From NCBI GenBank assembly GCA_010909165.1, contig MU008153.1, forward strand, positions 1 to 64,000: 64,000 bases of DNA. Reading direction: 5' to 3'. The notes beneath the pieces are model-generated. The model was given only the letters and a program-made list of their open reading frames with translations, was not told the origin of the DNA and ran no database searches. Of this stretch, positions 34,876 through 48,079 are shown one piece after another. A program made the position numbers and the translations under genes. This DNA comes from Anthoceros angustus (Eukaryota; Plantae; Anthocerotophyta). Position 1 is the first letter of the stretch. The number at the start of each line of letters is the position of its first letter.

Positions 34876-36540
34876 CTACCAAGCAGCATCTTGATCAGAC
34901 TGCTGGGACGAGGTGAATCTTGCCAAGAGACCACTGCTACTGCTACTGGTGCCTACAGTCCAGCCACATCTATTATTGGCGTAGTTAACCCATGTAAGTT
35001 CGGTCTCCTGGTACTCATACATCAACCTGCCCAAAGAAAGGCAAATCAGCATACTGCACTATCTTCCAGCAAAGTATAAAGACAACATGTGGCTACGTCA
35101 GTCCGTATTGCCAACAAAAGGGCGATCCACGATTGTGAATTGGAAAGAGAGCTTCCAGTTACCTGTCGAAATTGAGACTCTCAGCGACCGATACCCTCAC
35201 CAGCTCGGCATTTTCATCGTAGAACAGGAACTCGGCATTGAGATAGTCGGGGTCATCTATGTGCTCCTTCCCATGGAGCTTCTGCAACCCACACAAGGCA
35301 TCCAAGCCCTCAATATGAAGGAAACACATTTGAAGGCACAAGATGTGAGACAGGACCACACCTACCAGCCAGATGTTCCAGATGCGGTCAAGATTGTTAT
35401 GGTGAGCATGAAAAATGGGATCTCTGGCCGCAGAGTAGCCGCGGCCCATGTCCTCCCACTGAGCATTGTTGTGACTGCCAGTCCAGATATGAATGGCAGC
35501 ATGAGGCACAGCCTCCAGAGCTCCCGACAAGGAGGGCCTGTTTTCTCCTGCCCGGAATGCGGGCGAGTAAAATGCGTCTCTGTCCACAGCCGACCTATTG
35601 CACAAAATGTCCCACAGCAGCCCATTGTTCTCCTCCCTGAGCGAATCCGCGTCCCCTGCAAGCATCGAAACCGAACATCGACCACGGTCAGCCTCCCGAA
35701 CGTCGCCCCCCTGCCTGGAAGCGCACCAGAGCCACAAAGCTGGACCAACCTGTGTGGACGTTGGCCATCACCTTCTCGAACTGCAGTTCAATCATGCGGT
35801 TCACAGTCATGGTGTTTTCCTTATGCCGTTCGTTGTCGAACAGGCCCGGATACTTCTCCGGCTGGCTGTACATGCGAGGAAACACATTGGCCCAGGGCTG
35901 CTCGCTGCGCTGGTTGTCCCAGTTCCAGAAGGGAAGGGCGAACTCCTCGTCTCCAAGCAGCTTGGCCAGAATCCTCTCATGGAAGAACTCAAACCTGAAA
36001 GCATTCCATTCCATTCCACTGCCATCAGAGAAGCAGCCATGGCAAATCTCACAGCACAGCACGACAAAGCAAAGCACATTACCAGCGATGGAACGGCATC
36101 AGGAACCACGTCTTGTGCACCATGTAGTCCTTGTCGGGGTGTCCCCACTGCGATCTGACATCGGGAGAGCCGTACAAGCAGTGCAGGTTGGCCTGCTGGA
36201 AGTGCGAGCGGGGATCATCCTCCGGGAGCGCTCGGAGCAGCTCGTAGGCTCGATTGTACTTCTCCATGTACGCCTCATCGACCAGATGCGCGGCCGGCCG
36301 GACTCTCCTCTTGTTTGGCAGCGGATTCTGCTCCAAATACTCCTCCAGGCTCTTGCTCACCGGCGGGTTTCGCATGATGGCTTCCAGAGTGCAGCAATTT
36401 CCCCAGCTCACATGAGGCCTGCAGGTGGAGAAATTGGCAATGGCAGGCTCCCCGCTCCCCGTCCCGGCACCGAATGCCAGCAGCAAGATGCCGCACCAAA
36501 ACACTGCCATCATTTCCGCATTGCCAATCCAGGCCGCCAT
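34876..36540 (-). CDS. PPO: Short secreted polyphenol oxidase/tyrosinase PPO1 (5 exons)
   Basis: Exons 36540-36083, 35994-35750, 35655-35366, 35281-35163, 35026-34876. CuA QANLHCLYG / VHKTWFLMPFHRW, CuB LEAVPHAAIHIW / DPIFHAHH, DWL-type domain, ends QQSDQDAAW*. An upstream ATG at 36591 is possible. Confidence 0.92.
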
Positions 36541-37398
36541 AGCCGTTTCCTTGCTAGGCAATGCGCCTTCCTTCCTTGCAGCTTCCTTCATTTCCTCCTG
36601 ACTCTTGCAGCTGCATCAGCCGCAGGCCGCTCATCCAGGCCCTGGCGACGCCATTGGCAGAAGAGAGCTGCAGGAGAGGAGATGCCGCGCTGCTGCATCC
36701 AACTCTCTCAATAATTGATGGTTAGCGTGTTTCGCTGCTCCATATCTTGTCAAGATCAGGCAAGCAGGCCAGCGTTGGGGCGTTGGGAGCACACGATGTA
36801 ACAGGAATTGGAGGTGAACAAGCCTAGGAAACAGAAGCTTTTGCACGGACTGGCCTGAAAGCCACATTCCGTGCTTCAATCAGGCACCAGCCAGGCCCCA
36901 CGTTGCCTACTTCTCAAAAACCCAGGCCCCACATCTCAACGAAACCAAACTCTATCTCGTATCTGGTTCCATGCTAGGCATTGAATTTGAGCTCCTGTTG
37001 CCAAGTGGAAATCCGCCTTGCCAGCCTGGTCTTGTCTTGTGGAATGCAAATAACTCGAGGCATCAGTGATCTCTATAGGAGATGTCTAAAGAATCGGGTC
37101 TATGTAATATACATGGATGGGATGGTCCATCAACACCGAGGGGCCCACTCAGTTGGAGAACTATGCTCCATCAAGATTTGCTCCTACCTTACAGGGATTT
37201 AGAAAACAAGGTCTTATACTAAATGTTCGCCAGCTAATACTGAAACAAGGTCTTGCGCACAATGGTCTCATGCAATCCTGATCCGGTGGATGGGTCTGTT
37301 CCTAAGGTCGTGTTATTCCTTGTCCGGAACATTTACAACTACGCATACACTAACTGCCAATGGCTGGCAATGATGCGCACGCATTGTGCAAAACTTCT

Positions 37399-39357
37399 CT
37401 ACCATTCCGGGTGTTGCTGGTATTCCTGCTGGAAATGAGCCTTGCTTGTGATGTACTCGGGACGGGAATTGGGCTCCGGAGTCCAACCACATTGGTGGTT
37501 ATTGTAGTGCTGCCAAGGGGCTTCGACTTCCTGGTATTCGTACATGAACCTGATAAGATGCACAGAAAAAGACTTCCTTCTGTCAGCATTTTACAGATTC
37601 AATGAGAGCAACTGGTGCGAGTGGTGGAAGGATTTGAAGGATGCGAAGGAAGGGGAAACCAGTGCCTCACATTTCGAAGTTGAGAGATTCAGCCACCGTG
37701 ACCTTCACCAGCTCAGCGTTCTCGTCGTAGAACCAAAACTCTGCGTTCAGGAAGTCTGGATCCTCAATATGCCCCTTCCCATGTATCTCCTGCAATTCCA
37801 GCAGCGAACCCACAAAATCTTACTAACAGGAACCAGAATTTACGAGAAGGGAAGAGGAGAGCTAGTTTGAGCATGATTTGCAGTACCCGCCAGACATTCC
37901 AAAGGCGATCCATGTTGGCATGGTGGGCGTGGAAAATTGGGTCCCTGGCCGCAGAGTAGCCTCGCCCCATGTCCTCCCACTGGCTGTTGAGGTGGTTGCC
38001 GGTCCAGACGTGAATGGCGCCGTGAGGCGTGGCCTCCAGCTCGCCTGACATGGCCGCCTTGTCTCCTCCAGCCCGCAGGGGAGGGGAGTAGAACACATCG
38101 TCATCAACGCTCGATTTGTTGCACAAAATGTCCCACAGCAGTGCGTTGTTGGCTTCAGCCAACGCCACCGGATCCTCTGCACCACCACAAAAATTTCAAA
38201 CACCGCACATCAGCTTCAGCCGATTTCCCAAATCCTCCCAACCCACTCCCCAACATTCTGCACAGAAGCCAACCCACCTGTTCGAATGCCAGCCACGATG
38301 TCCAGAATCTGCAGATTGATCACTAGGTTGGGGTCCATGGTCCGCTCCATCTGCCGGTTGGAATCAAACAGGTTGGGATACTTGTCCGGCTGCCGGTACA
38401 AGGCCGGGAACACATTCGCCCGCGGCTCCGCACTCCCCTGGTTGTCCCAATTCCAGAAAGGCAGCGCAAATGTCTCATCCCCCAGGAGCTTCGCCAGAAT
38501 TCTCTCATGGAAGAACTCGTACCTTCACAAATTCAGAGTGACCCACCAAATTCCAAAAATTCAGGATCACCAAATAGCATCACATCCAGCACAACGTCCT
38601 CCTCCGACAATCGCACACCCACAAAACTCAGGGGATCACGAAATATACAGCTGCATCCAGCCCTCGCAAACCCACAAAAATCACAGAACACAACTGCGTC
38701 CAGCCTTCCCAAACCAATCCACCAATCATAACACACAACTGCGTCCACCCTCCCCAAACCCACGAAATCCACCAATCACGAAACACAGCTGCGTCCACCG
38801 GTCCCAAATTCATGACCACCGCGTCCGGGACAACACCAAACCCCGGAAAGCAAACCCACCAAATTCACAACCATATCAGGACAGGGTGCTGCCATTGCTC
38901 ACCAGCGATGGAAGGGCATGAGCAGCCAGGACTTGTGCACTTGGTAATCCTTGTGGGGGAAGCCCAGCTGCGGCCGCACGTCGGGGGAGCCGTACATGCA
39001 ATGCAGGTTGGCCTGCTGCAAGAGGGACCGGGGATCATCGTTGGGCAGAGCTCGAATCAGCTGGTACGCCCGGTCGTACTGCTCAGCGTAGCTGTCGGAC
39101 ACCAGGTGCGCAGCCGGGCGGAATCTCTTGCGCTTGGGGAGCGGGTTCTTCTCCAAATACTCCTTCAGCGTCTTGGCCACAGGAGGGTTGCGCATCACAG
39201 CCTCCAGGGTGCAGCAGTTCCCCCAATCCGGGTGCGGGTGGCAGGCAGACATGTTGGCGATCGCCGGAAACCCATGTCCCGGTACACTCCATGCCAGGAT
39301 GCCCAACACTGCGGCAAAGCAAATCGAGACCCGCAACCAGCTTCCTCCCATCTCCAT
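37399..39357 (-). CDS. PPO: Short secreted polyphenol oxidase/tyrosinase PPO2 (5 exons)
   Basis: Exons 39357-38903, 38522-38278, 38176-37887, 37789-37671, 37549-37399. Same intron positions and copper motifs as PPO1; ends QQEYQQHPEW*. Confidence 0.92.
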
Positions 39358-40394
39358 GTCGAAAAGGGGGCAGTTGCAGCAGGAGTGTCAGGCCTTGCGG
39401 CCAACAGCCTCCGGTGCCCGCCTGGAGAGACACTCTTCGATGAGCTTGGCTGGTTTGTGATCAGTTACCGTACGTAGGCCCACCCACGTGGTTCTACCGA
39501 CATCCATACCGAATGTGAACGGCCCACGGGCTCTCTCGTTCACGCCCCGGTCCCGCCCACATTTCTGACATCCCGAGCGACCGAACTGACTTTTCTGCGT
39601 GGACACCCACAGTGAGGTGACGTACTCTTTCCACTTCCACTGCTGGGATCTCCTGGGACTTCCTAGGTTTATTGGAGGTGGAACTTGGAACTTGGAGTTT
39701 CCTCTCCTGCTCCTACGAGCATGTTCCGACAGGCAAAGCAGATGCCGCCGTGAACATAGTTGATACCCATCGTTTTGGATGCTCCGGGAGTCCAACCTCC
39801 ATCTCCATGCACATACGTAGAATCAGAAATAGTGGGCTCCTCATGATCAGCATGTACAACTGGACGCCTCGTACGCAACGAGGAACATGCCGTCTCCGAA
39901 CAAGTCAGCTGGAAAAACGTATGACCAAAGCGAAAAGCTGGGGCCCTTTCCATTCGTCACTTTACCTGATGGTATGTACGAGTGGAGGAGCACTGGCCAG
40001 CATCAACACAACCTACTCCATCTCCATGCACATATATAGAATCAGAAATAGTGTGGGCTCGCGAGCATCTACGACTGGACGCCTGAGCGAGGCTCCTACA
40101 AAGCGTGGAACATGCTCTCACCGAACATGTGGACTGAATGTTTAAACATATAACCAAAACGAAAAGCAGGGCCCTTTTCATTTGTCACTTTACCTCATGG
40201 TATGTACGAGTGGCAGAGGAGCATGGTATGTACGAGTGGCAGAGGAGCACCGTCCAGCTTAACACAACCTGCTGATTGCATGTACGAGTGCAGGAGCACT
40301 CGCCACGAGTACGTGTAAAGAGCATCAACGCAACCTCCACATGGCTTGTCCGTGAGGTGTGGAAAGATCATATTTGATATATGTACGATGAAAA

Positions 40395-40580
40395 CAATGG
40401 TGATTGTGTGTAACATTGGGCTTTCATGCTGGCAATGGTGATTGTGTGCAACATTCCCAATGGCTTCTATGCCAGCAATGGTGATTGTGTGCAACATTCT
40501 CAATGGCTTCTATGCCGACAATGGTGATTGTGTGCAACATTGGACCTTTAAGACAACAAAGGTGATTGACGGTGCAACAT
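40395..40580. repeat. About 43-bp tandem repeat (4-5 units)
   Basis: ATGGTGATTGTGTGCAACATT..CAATGGCTTCTATGCC repeated head to tail. Confidence 0.85.
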
Positions 40581-41852
40581 TGGGCTTCCATGATAGCAAG
40601 GATGATTTGATTGAACCAAGCATAAGTGTCTACATATGCTTGGTTTAATGTGTGCACATATGGTGAATGAATGATAAACCAAGCGTGCGTCATTGGGCTT
40701 GGGCTTGCATAATAATGACAGCAATGGAGCAATGGTGATTGGTGAACCAAATGCAAACCACACTCCAGCAGGCTTCCTTTCGCTTTTCCATAAGAGCGTC
40801 GGTGATCGATTAGGAGGAGGAGAGGACACGAAGGGCCGGGAGAGTAGGGTATGTCATTTAAAGCCCACATATGTCTTGCCAATTATTGATAACAAGATCT
40901 CACCAATGGGCTTCCGCGGCAACAATGGATTCCAAGTTTTACACTTTGGAGGGTGGTGTATGTAGTCCCTTTTCCATCTTACTTCCACTAGAAAATACAC
41001 GACGACTCCGGTATGTACACATGTGAATGTAAATGGTGAGTGAGTGGAGGGCAGATGTAGGTAACGTACATATGGGAGTACACATTGAAGGGACCCGAAG
41101 CGGTATGGGCCCAAGCATCAAAAAGAAAGCTGGTTACAATATATCTACATATGTATGTATGACGTATGTCTTGCATAATTCAATTCAATTCAATTCATAA
41201 GAAGTGGTCTCAGAATTCTTCCACATCCCGGCTGCTGTGGGCCATGGACTGTTCTGCGATTTGCCCCACACAAGTACAGCATACACGTTGTGAGCTCGGT
41301 GCCGGTCCTCACCTGCAGCAGACACACAGAACCTGTACAATAATTGAGCCATTGCAGAATACCTCATTGGGCGCGCAGCACAAGATGAGATCTCATGGAG
41401 CTTGTTCCTGACGAATTGACCTGCTGATGAAAGCTGTCCACTCTTTATCCACGGTTCTGGCCGCCCAATGCCCATTGCCCACTGCCCTGCATTCGGAGCT
41501 GGTGGCGGGACCGGGAATGTTGAATGTACATCGTGCCAATTAAAGCCCAGCTCCCAATGCTACGCAACTTGTGATTGATGTAGAGTGCCCTGATGGTAGA
41601 AGCTTGCTCCTGGGCTTTGGTTGGTATCAAAGTAGTCCAAGCTCCAGTGACTCCCAGTCTTCCCTGCAACGGCATTTCGGTCTGTTAGAGGGCAGCCAAT
41701 GCAACCTGCATAGCATCGTCACAAGGACTGAGAAACCGGTCGGTGGTGTGGAGGAGCGAATAGGTATATACGCCTGTCCAGGATGAAGGTTTTTATTAGG
41801 AGCGGCAAGTGAACCGGAGTTATCGGATACCAGACATTTTTTGGCGGCCAGC

Positions 41853-43437
41853 ATGACGCCCCCGATGCTGCTACTGCTTTTGCTTCTCTTCCTGTCTGGA
41901 GTGAATGCGGAACCAATGCTAATCCCAAATGTCTCCAGCTGCGCCCCGCAATTCTCCAAGAAATTCGGGGGAATGATCAACTGCTGCCTCGACGTTCCCA
42001 CGGCTTTCCGGATCCAGAAGCGCCTCTCTGACCTCACGAACAGAAACAAGGGGAAGAAGCTGCGCGTCCGACAGCCTGCGCATCTCCTGGACGAGGAAGC
42101 TGCCGAGAAGCTGAATCGAGCTTATGCGATGGCCATGGCCCTTCCTCCTGAAGATCCAAGGTCCTGGGAGGGGCAGGCTCGGTTCCACTGCTTCTACAGC
42201 TACATGCGGATGAGGTCTCAAACCGGCTACCCGGGGACTGAGTACAACATCCACCTCAACTGGCTCTTCCATCCCTTCCACCGACTGTGAGTAAAATCCT
42301 TCTTCCTCATCTCCATGACTGATACAATGTGTTTGGAGTCAGGACTAGAAGCTCGTGAAGGAGCATCCTCTGACCAGGCTTCTGAACTACAGAAGCACAG
42401 ACATTTTTCCAGATTCGAGATTGTGCTGACAAGTGATGCGCGCAACCTGTTCCCAGACTCGTATACTTCCACGAGAGAATCCTTGGAAGCCTGATAGGAG
42501 ACGAAGACTTCACAGTCCCCTTCTGGAACTGGGACGACCAGAGAGACTCCTATCCTCTCCCGAACGCCATTCCCCCGGCATTCCGAGACCCCGTCAAGTA
42601 TCCGGCACTGTACGATGCGTTCCGCGGCCCCACAGGAGACCAGATCGCGAACCTGGCCAAGAGCAGTCCCTTCGACGTCCCGTTCAACACCGGTGAGCTG
42701 AAGCCCTGCCCTGAGATTCTGCAACATCTGCACTCTAAGCCCTTTTTCCATCCCAATGAACACGAGGACTGTAACCATTGTGCAGAGGACGAGCTGCGGC
42801 TGCTGAACAACGACCTCCTCCACAGAATCCTTGTCGTGAACTCTGAGAAGGATCCGGTGCTCTTCTTCTCCACCCCCATCCGACCAGGGGAATCCGGCAA
42901 CAAAAACGACCGACTGGACAATTTCTTGGAGGAATTCGAGGCTGTGGTTCACGGCGGAGTGCATTCCTGGACAGGAACCGATGCCACAGGCAGGGACATG
43001 GGAGCGGCCTGGACGGCAGCCGAGGATCCTCTCTTCTACGCGCACCATGTGAATGTGGATCGCATCTGGGATGTCTGGCGGGTGAGCCTCGCATGCTTCC
43101 AAAACCCTATTCGATCCGGATTGCTGTCCACTGACCTGGTCTGAATTTTAGGGTTTCGGAGCGCGCTAACGAGGTTTTCTTCCTTCTGCAGACTCTGGAT
43201 GGCAACAGGCAGAACATTGCCGACCCCGACTGGCTGGATTCCGAGTTTTTCTTCTACGACGAGAACGCGGAGCTGGTGCTTTGCAAGGTGCGGGATGCGC
43301 TGAGTTCTGAGGCTCTTGGATACACATACCAGCAGGTGGAGAATCCTTGGATCAGCTTCGGAGGCCTCGCAGACCTGCTTTCCAGCAAGGTCTCGCGGTC
43401 CAACTCTTCCAGTTCTTTCTACGCTCAAGATGGCTGA
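41853..43437 (+). CDS. PPO: Short secreted polyphenol oxidase/tyrosinase PPO3 (4 exons), divergent from PPO2
   Basis: Exons 41853-42286, 42457-42692, 42786-43081, 43192-43437. Signal MTPPMLLLLLLLFLSGVNA, CuA ARFHCFYS / IHLNWLFHPFHR, CuB FEAVVHGGVHSW / DPLFYAHH, DPDWLDSEFFFYDEN. Confidence 0.92.
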
Positions 43438-44008
43438 CCTCAGCACGGTATTCCAATTTCTGTGACACGTCGCCATAACTGAGGGGAAATTAGGAAGAGG
43501 GGGCACATATCAACGATGCTTGCTAGACTGAGAGGTAGATGTCATATGGAGAAACACAACTCTAAGAACCAGCCATTACATCAAAAAATTGGAGAAACAT
43601 GAATTAAACCCTAATCAAATACTAGCGAGACTTAGACTTTTGTGAGGGCTAGTCCACTGGCATGGTGCTCTTTCCATGCGTTTTTCCCTCTTTGTTTTTG
43701 GGGTTGATGGGTTTTTTTTTATCTCTTTTTTGTAATAAACTCATCTTTTCCTTAGACTATTAATATTAAGGGTGGTGAAAAGATAAAAGGTTCCAATTAG
43801 GATGAGGTAGTGGTGATTGAGGAACTTGGATTTGATTAGAAAAATACCAAGATTAGATATATAATATTCTCTTTGTAATATTTGTAGAGCCTAGTGATAA
43901 TTCACTAATATTCTCTTTACAATCTCACTTCTTTTGTCACTCTCCGCTCTCTCCATCCTTCCTTTTTCTTCCTCCTTAGTAGCTTGTTTTTTCAATTGGG
44001 TTGAGAAG

Positions 44009-44777
44009 ATGAACGACAAAACATAAAGAATTATTCATAGTTTGGTTGAACTTGCCCACACCAAGCGAGCTACAAATGACCTTCAAGGAGCAAGAAAGTT
44101 CTTATTTCAAGCACAAAAACTCCATCCAGGATTAAATGATGTTACTTAAATGCTTGCAATTGTGGAGGTTGAATTGGCAGCACATTAAAGTAAAATATTA
44201 GCATTCGTTCAGGTTCACGCTCAAATTCAATGCCGTTGTATAATTGGTATTGTCTTCTTCAAGTGAATCATGATGCAGATGAAGATACTATCAACAAAAA
44301 ATACAAGAAGTTGGCTTTATTCCTACATCCAGATAAGAACAAACAAGATGGAGTTGCATATGCTTTCAAATTGATTCTAGAAGCTAAAACCATTCTACCG
44401 GATAAAAGTAGGCGAAAGATTTTGGATAGTACAATTTCAAGATGTGAAGTAAATCGGAGAGCTACGTCTCGCGAAGAACATCAAACTCAGCGTCGAACTA
44501 ATGTTAATGTTCCATTGTATGACAATCATTCAGGTGAAGACTTTTATTCTCCATTCTATGATAATGATTTGAATGAAGACCCTTTTTCACAAACATTTTT
44601 CAATTATTTTTCCTGCAAGTTATTGGAATGTAGACTTTCATGCAAGTTATTGGGATGAAGGGTTTATCCCCCAAACTATTCTTATGGACCATATTTTAAG
44701 ATGTTTAGAGATAAAGTTTGAGCCCATTGTCCGATAGAGACCACGATGATGTTCATGTAGGTTTTTGGGGATGTTGA
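44009..44777 (+). pseudogene. J-domain (DnaJ) gene copy with premature stops and a frameshift
   Basis: Collinear with 46850-47623; TAA replaces GAA/TGT/GAA codons in the N-terminal part. Confidence 0.88.
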
Positions 44778-45279
44778 CGTTCATCCGCGATACTATACTT
44801 CTAAACAATATTTTCAATTTCGGTTATCGCTGCAGTAGAGGTGACCGAAGTCCAGGTCAAGATCGGTGTCCATGGATTGCGGTTGTGATCCTAAACCTTG
44901 ATAAAATAGATGAAGCGCTTATTTTCAGCACGAAACACTTCGTTGTGAAACACTAACTTGTATGCATCCATTCGTTCTATCACGTATGGTATCACTCGCA
45001 TGGAGCTTGATCGAGGGACCAACATTCACAATATGTTCAATGCAGTGGGCAGCTTTGCCAGACAGTCTTAAACGTACCGCAACAATGCCAGTTGCAATTG
45101 GCTAGCTATGGAAACTGGTAAAGAGTGCTCGACCGTAATGCAGACAAGAGTGCTCGACAGTAATGCTAGAGTGCTTGAATCGTAATGCAGACAATACCGC
45201 GGATGACCTAGCTATGGAATCCAATGGAGTGCTTAAATCGCAATGCCCTGCATGAAGGTGAGAAACAAACATCATACCA

Positions 45280-45690
45280 GTCACAACACAAGGCAACCAT
45301 GCATCCACGTCCAGCCATACTAATAGCTTGCTCTCCCAACGTGTCATGAACCCATAGCGAAAGCATGTTCAACTTAGGAACTTAGAGTCACCACACTAGG
45401 CAAGCACGCATCCACCAGCCATACTAATAGCTTGCCCTTTGAGCGTGTGAACCCATGATAAAGAAAGCATGTTCAACCTAGGAACTTGAGTCACAACGCA
45501 AGGCAAGCACAGATCCATCAGGCATACTAATAGCTTGCTCTCCGAGTATGTGAACCCACAAAGAAAGCATGTCCAACTTATAACTTAGAGAACCAACACT
45601 AGGCAAGCACGCATCCACTTGCCATACTAATAGCTTGATTTCCGAGCATGTTACCCCCAAAGAAAGCATGTCCAACTTGGGAGATTTAGT
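45280..45690. repeat. About 90-100-bp degenerate tandem repeat in the inverted-repeat spacer
   Basis: Recurring CATACTAATAGCTTG and GAAAGCATGT(T/C)CAACTT, 4-5 times. Confidence 0.75.
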
Positions 45691-46849
45691 CCTAGACCAA
45701 AGAATGTCTTTTGATGACATACTTGGGTTGAATCCTTATAGTCTGGACGGTGTCGCACGAGATAAGAACTTGAATTCATATAAGCACTTCCTTGACCAAC
45801 AACCAAGCAAACAAATCTACTACGCAGATATATGGGTGCAAACCAATAACAACATGAGGAGTAGACGCCGCAAGACAAACACACTCCCACGAGAACAACA
45901 CGCAAATTCCTCACACATCGCCTCCTGAGTCATAGCTTTGGCCTTCTCACAACACCCTTGACGACATCTAGAGGAAAGCTATGATCCGAGTCTTCTCAAT
46001 GGAAGAGTCTATATATACTACTAGATCGCAGAGATATTCCTAAGATATCCTATCGCATCAAAGATACGCCAAATATTTTAAGAATACACTATAATATGCA
46101 AGGAATATGCCAAAGTATATTACTTGAGCTTATCCACTTAGCTATTGTATCCTAAACACTTAGCTATTGTATCCTAAACACTTAGTTATTGTATCTTTTA
46201 GGATACAATAGCTAAGTGGATAATAGCTAAGTGTATTCTAGAAGAATACACTATATTATGCCGAATATGCAAAAGCATATTGTGAGCTTATCCACTTAGC
46301 TATTGCTAACCATGTTTAATTAACACTAATTAATGCTTAATTAACATAAGCACCTTGATTAATTAACACTAATCAATGTTTAATTAACATAAGCACCTTA
46401 GATTAATTAACACTAATGACTTACTTAAAGATAAGTAATTAGATTAATTAATGCTAATCAAACACTAAACCCAAGTGCAGAGATTAGTATCTCACGGCAT
46501 GACAACGGCTACAAAAACCTAGTAGATATTTTTTTAAGATTTGATGGCTAAACTAAATTCTGAATAAAAACACTTAGAACTTTATTGCGGAGAGTAAAGT
46601 ATTCATCCAAATCACTTTTGCATATTCAAATGTTATACAAGAAGACATAAAATCTTTTTTGAAATACTAGAGGTAATGAAGATATTCATCCGAATCACTT
46701 TAGAATAGCAGCATGATATCCTCTTCTGTAATAGTCTTCATCTTAAAAATAGTCTTCATTCTTCATCTGAATACTAGTTTATACCCCAACAATCGTGATC
46801 TCTAATCATTTGTAAATATTGTTTAGAAGTATAGTATCGCTGATGAACG

Positions 46850-47623
46850 TCAACATCCCCAAAAACCTGCATGAACATCATCGTGGTCTCTACTCGGACA
46901 ATGGGCTTGAACTTTATCCCTAAATGTCTTGTAATATGGTCCATAAAAATAGTTCGGGGGATAAACCCCTTCATCCCAATAACTTGCATGAAAGTCTTCA
47001 TTCCAATAACTCGTAGGAAAATAATAATTGAAAAATGTTTGTGAAAAAGGGTCTTCATTCAAATCATTGTCATAGAATCGAGAATAAAAGTCTTCACTTG
47101 AATGATTGTCATACACTGGAACATTAACATCAGTTCGACGCTGAGTCTGATGTTCTTTGGAAGACGTAGCTCTCCAATTCACTTCACATCTTGAAATTGT
47201 ACTATCCAAAATCTTTCGCCTACTTTTATCCAGTAGGACATTTTTAGCTTCTAGAATCAATTTGAAAGCATTTGCAGCTCCATCTTGTTTGTTCTTATCT
47301 GGATGTAGGAGTAAAGCCAACTTCTTATATTTTTTGTTGATAGTATCTTCATCTGCATCATGATTCACTTGAAGAAGATAATACCAATTATACAACGGAA
47401 TTGAATCTGAGCCTGAACATGAACCGAATGCTAATATTTTACTTTCATGTGCTGCCAATTCAACCTCCACAATTGCAAGCATACAAGTAACATCATTTAG
47501 CCCTGGATAGAGTTTTTGTGCTTGAAGGAAGAACTTCCTTGCTCCTTGAAGGTCATTTGTAGCTCGCTTGGTTTGGGCAAGTTCAACCAAACTATGAATA
47601 CACCTTTCTGATTTGTCGTCCAT
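46850..47623 (-). CDS. Plant J-domain protein (257 aa; N-terminal type of the DUF3444-associated class, without DUF3444)
   Basis: MDDKSERCIHSLVELAQTKRATNDLQGARKFFLQAQKLYPGL...WYYLLQV...ADEDTINKKYKKLALLLHPDKNK..GAANAFKLI.EA; HPD intact; intronless and AT-rich. Confidence 0.85.
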   Translation of the reverse strand: MDDKSERCIHSLVELAQTKRATNDLQGARKFFLQAQKLYPGLNDVTCMLAIVEVELAAHESKILAFGSCSGSDSIPLYNWYYLLQVNHDADEDTINKKYKKLALLLHPDKNKQDGAANAFKLILEAKNVLLDKSRRKILDSTISRCEVNWRATSSKEHQTQRRTDVNVPVYDNHSSEDFYSRFYDNDLNEDPFSQTFFNYYFPTSYWNEDFHASYWDEGVYPPNYFYGPYYKTFRDKVQAHCPSRDHDDVHAGFWGC

Positions 47624-48079
47624 CTTCCCAACCCAATTGAAAAACAAGCTACTAAGGAGGAAGAAAAAGGAAGGATAGAAGGCGGAGAGTGGCAAAAGAA
47701 GTGAGATTGTAAAGAGAATATTAGTGAATTATCACTAGACTCTACAAATGTTACAAAGAGAATATTATATATCTAATTTTGGTATTTTTCTAATCAAATC
47801 CAAGTTCCTCAATCACCACTACCTCATCCTAATTGGACCCTTCTATCTTCTCACCGTCCTATGTATGAGCTTGGATGGTTGCTCTACATATATAGCCTAT
47901 CTTTCATCTTTATTCTCGATATTAATAGTCCAAGTCTCGCTAGTATTTGGTCATAATTCAACTTTAGTTTATATCGTGGCATGTGTTTCTCCAATTTTTT
48001 GATGTAATGGCTGGTTCTTAGAGTTGTGTTTCTCCATATGACATCTACTTCTCAGTCTCGGCAAGCATTGTTGATATGT

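Noticed and set aside
35087-36714. Long plus-strand ORFs (303 and 320 aa; similarly 42227-43102 on minus)
   Set aside because: Antisense shadows of GC-rich PPO exons
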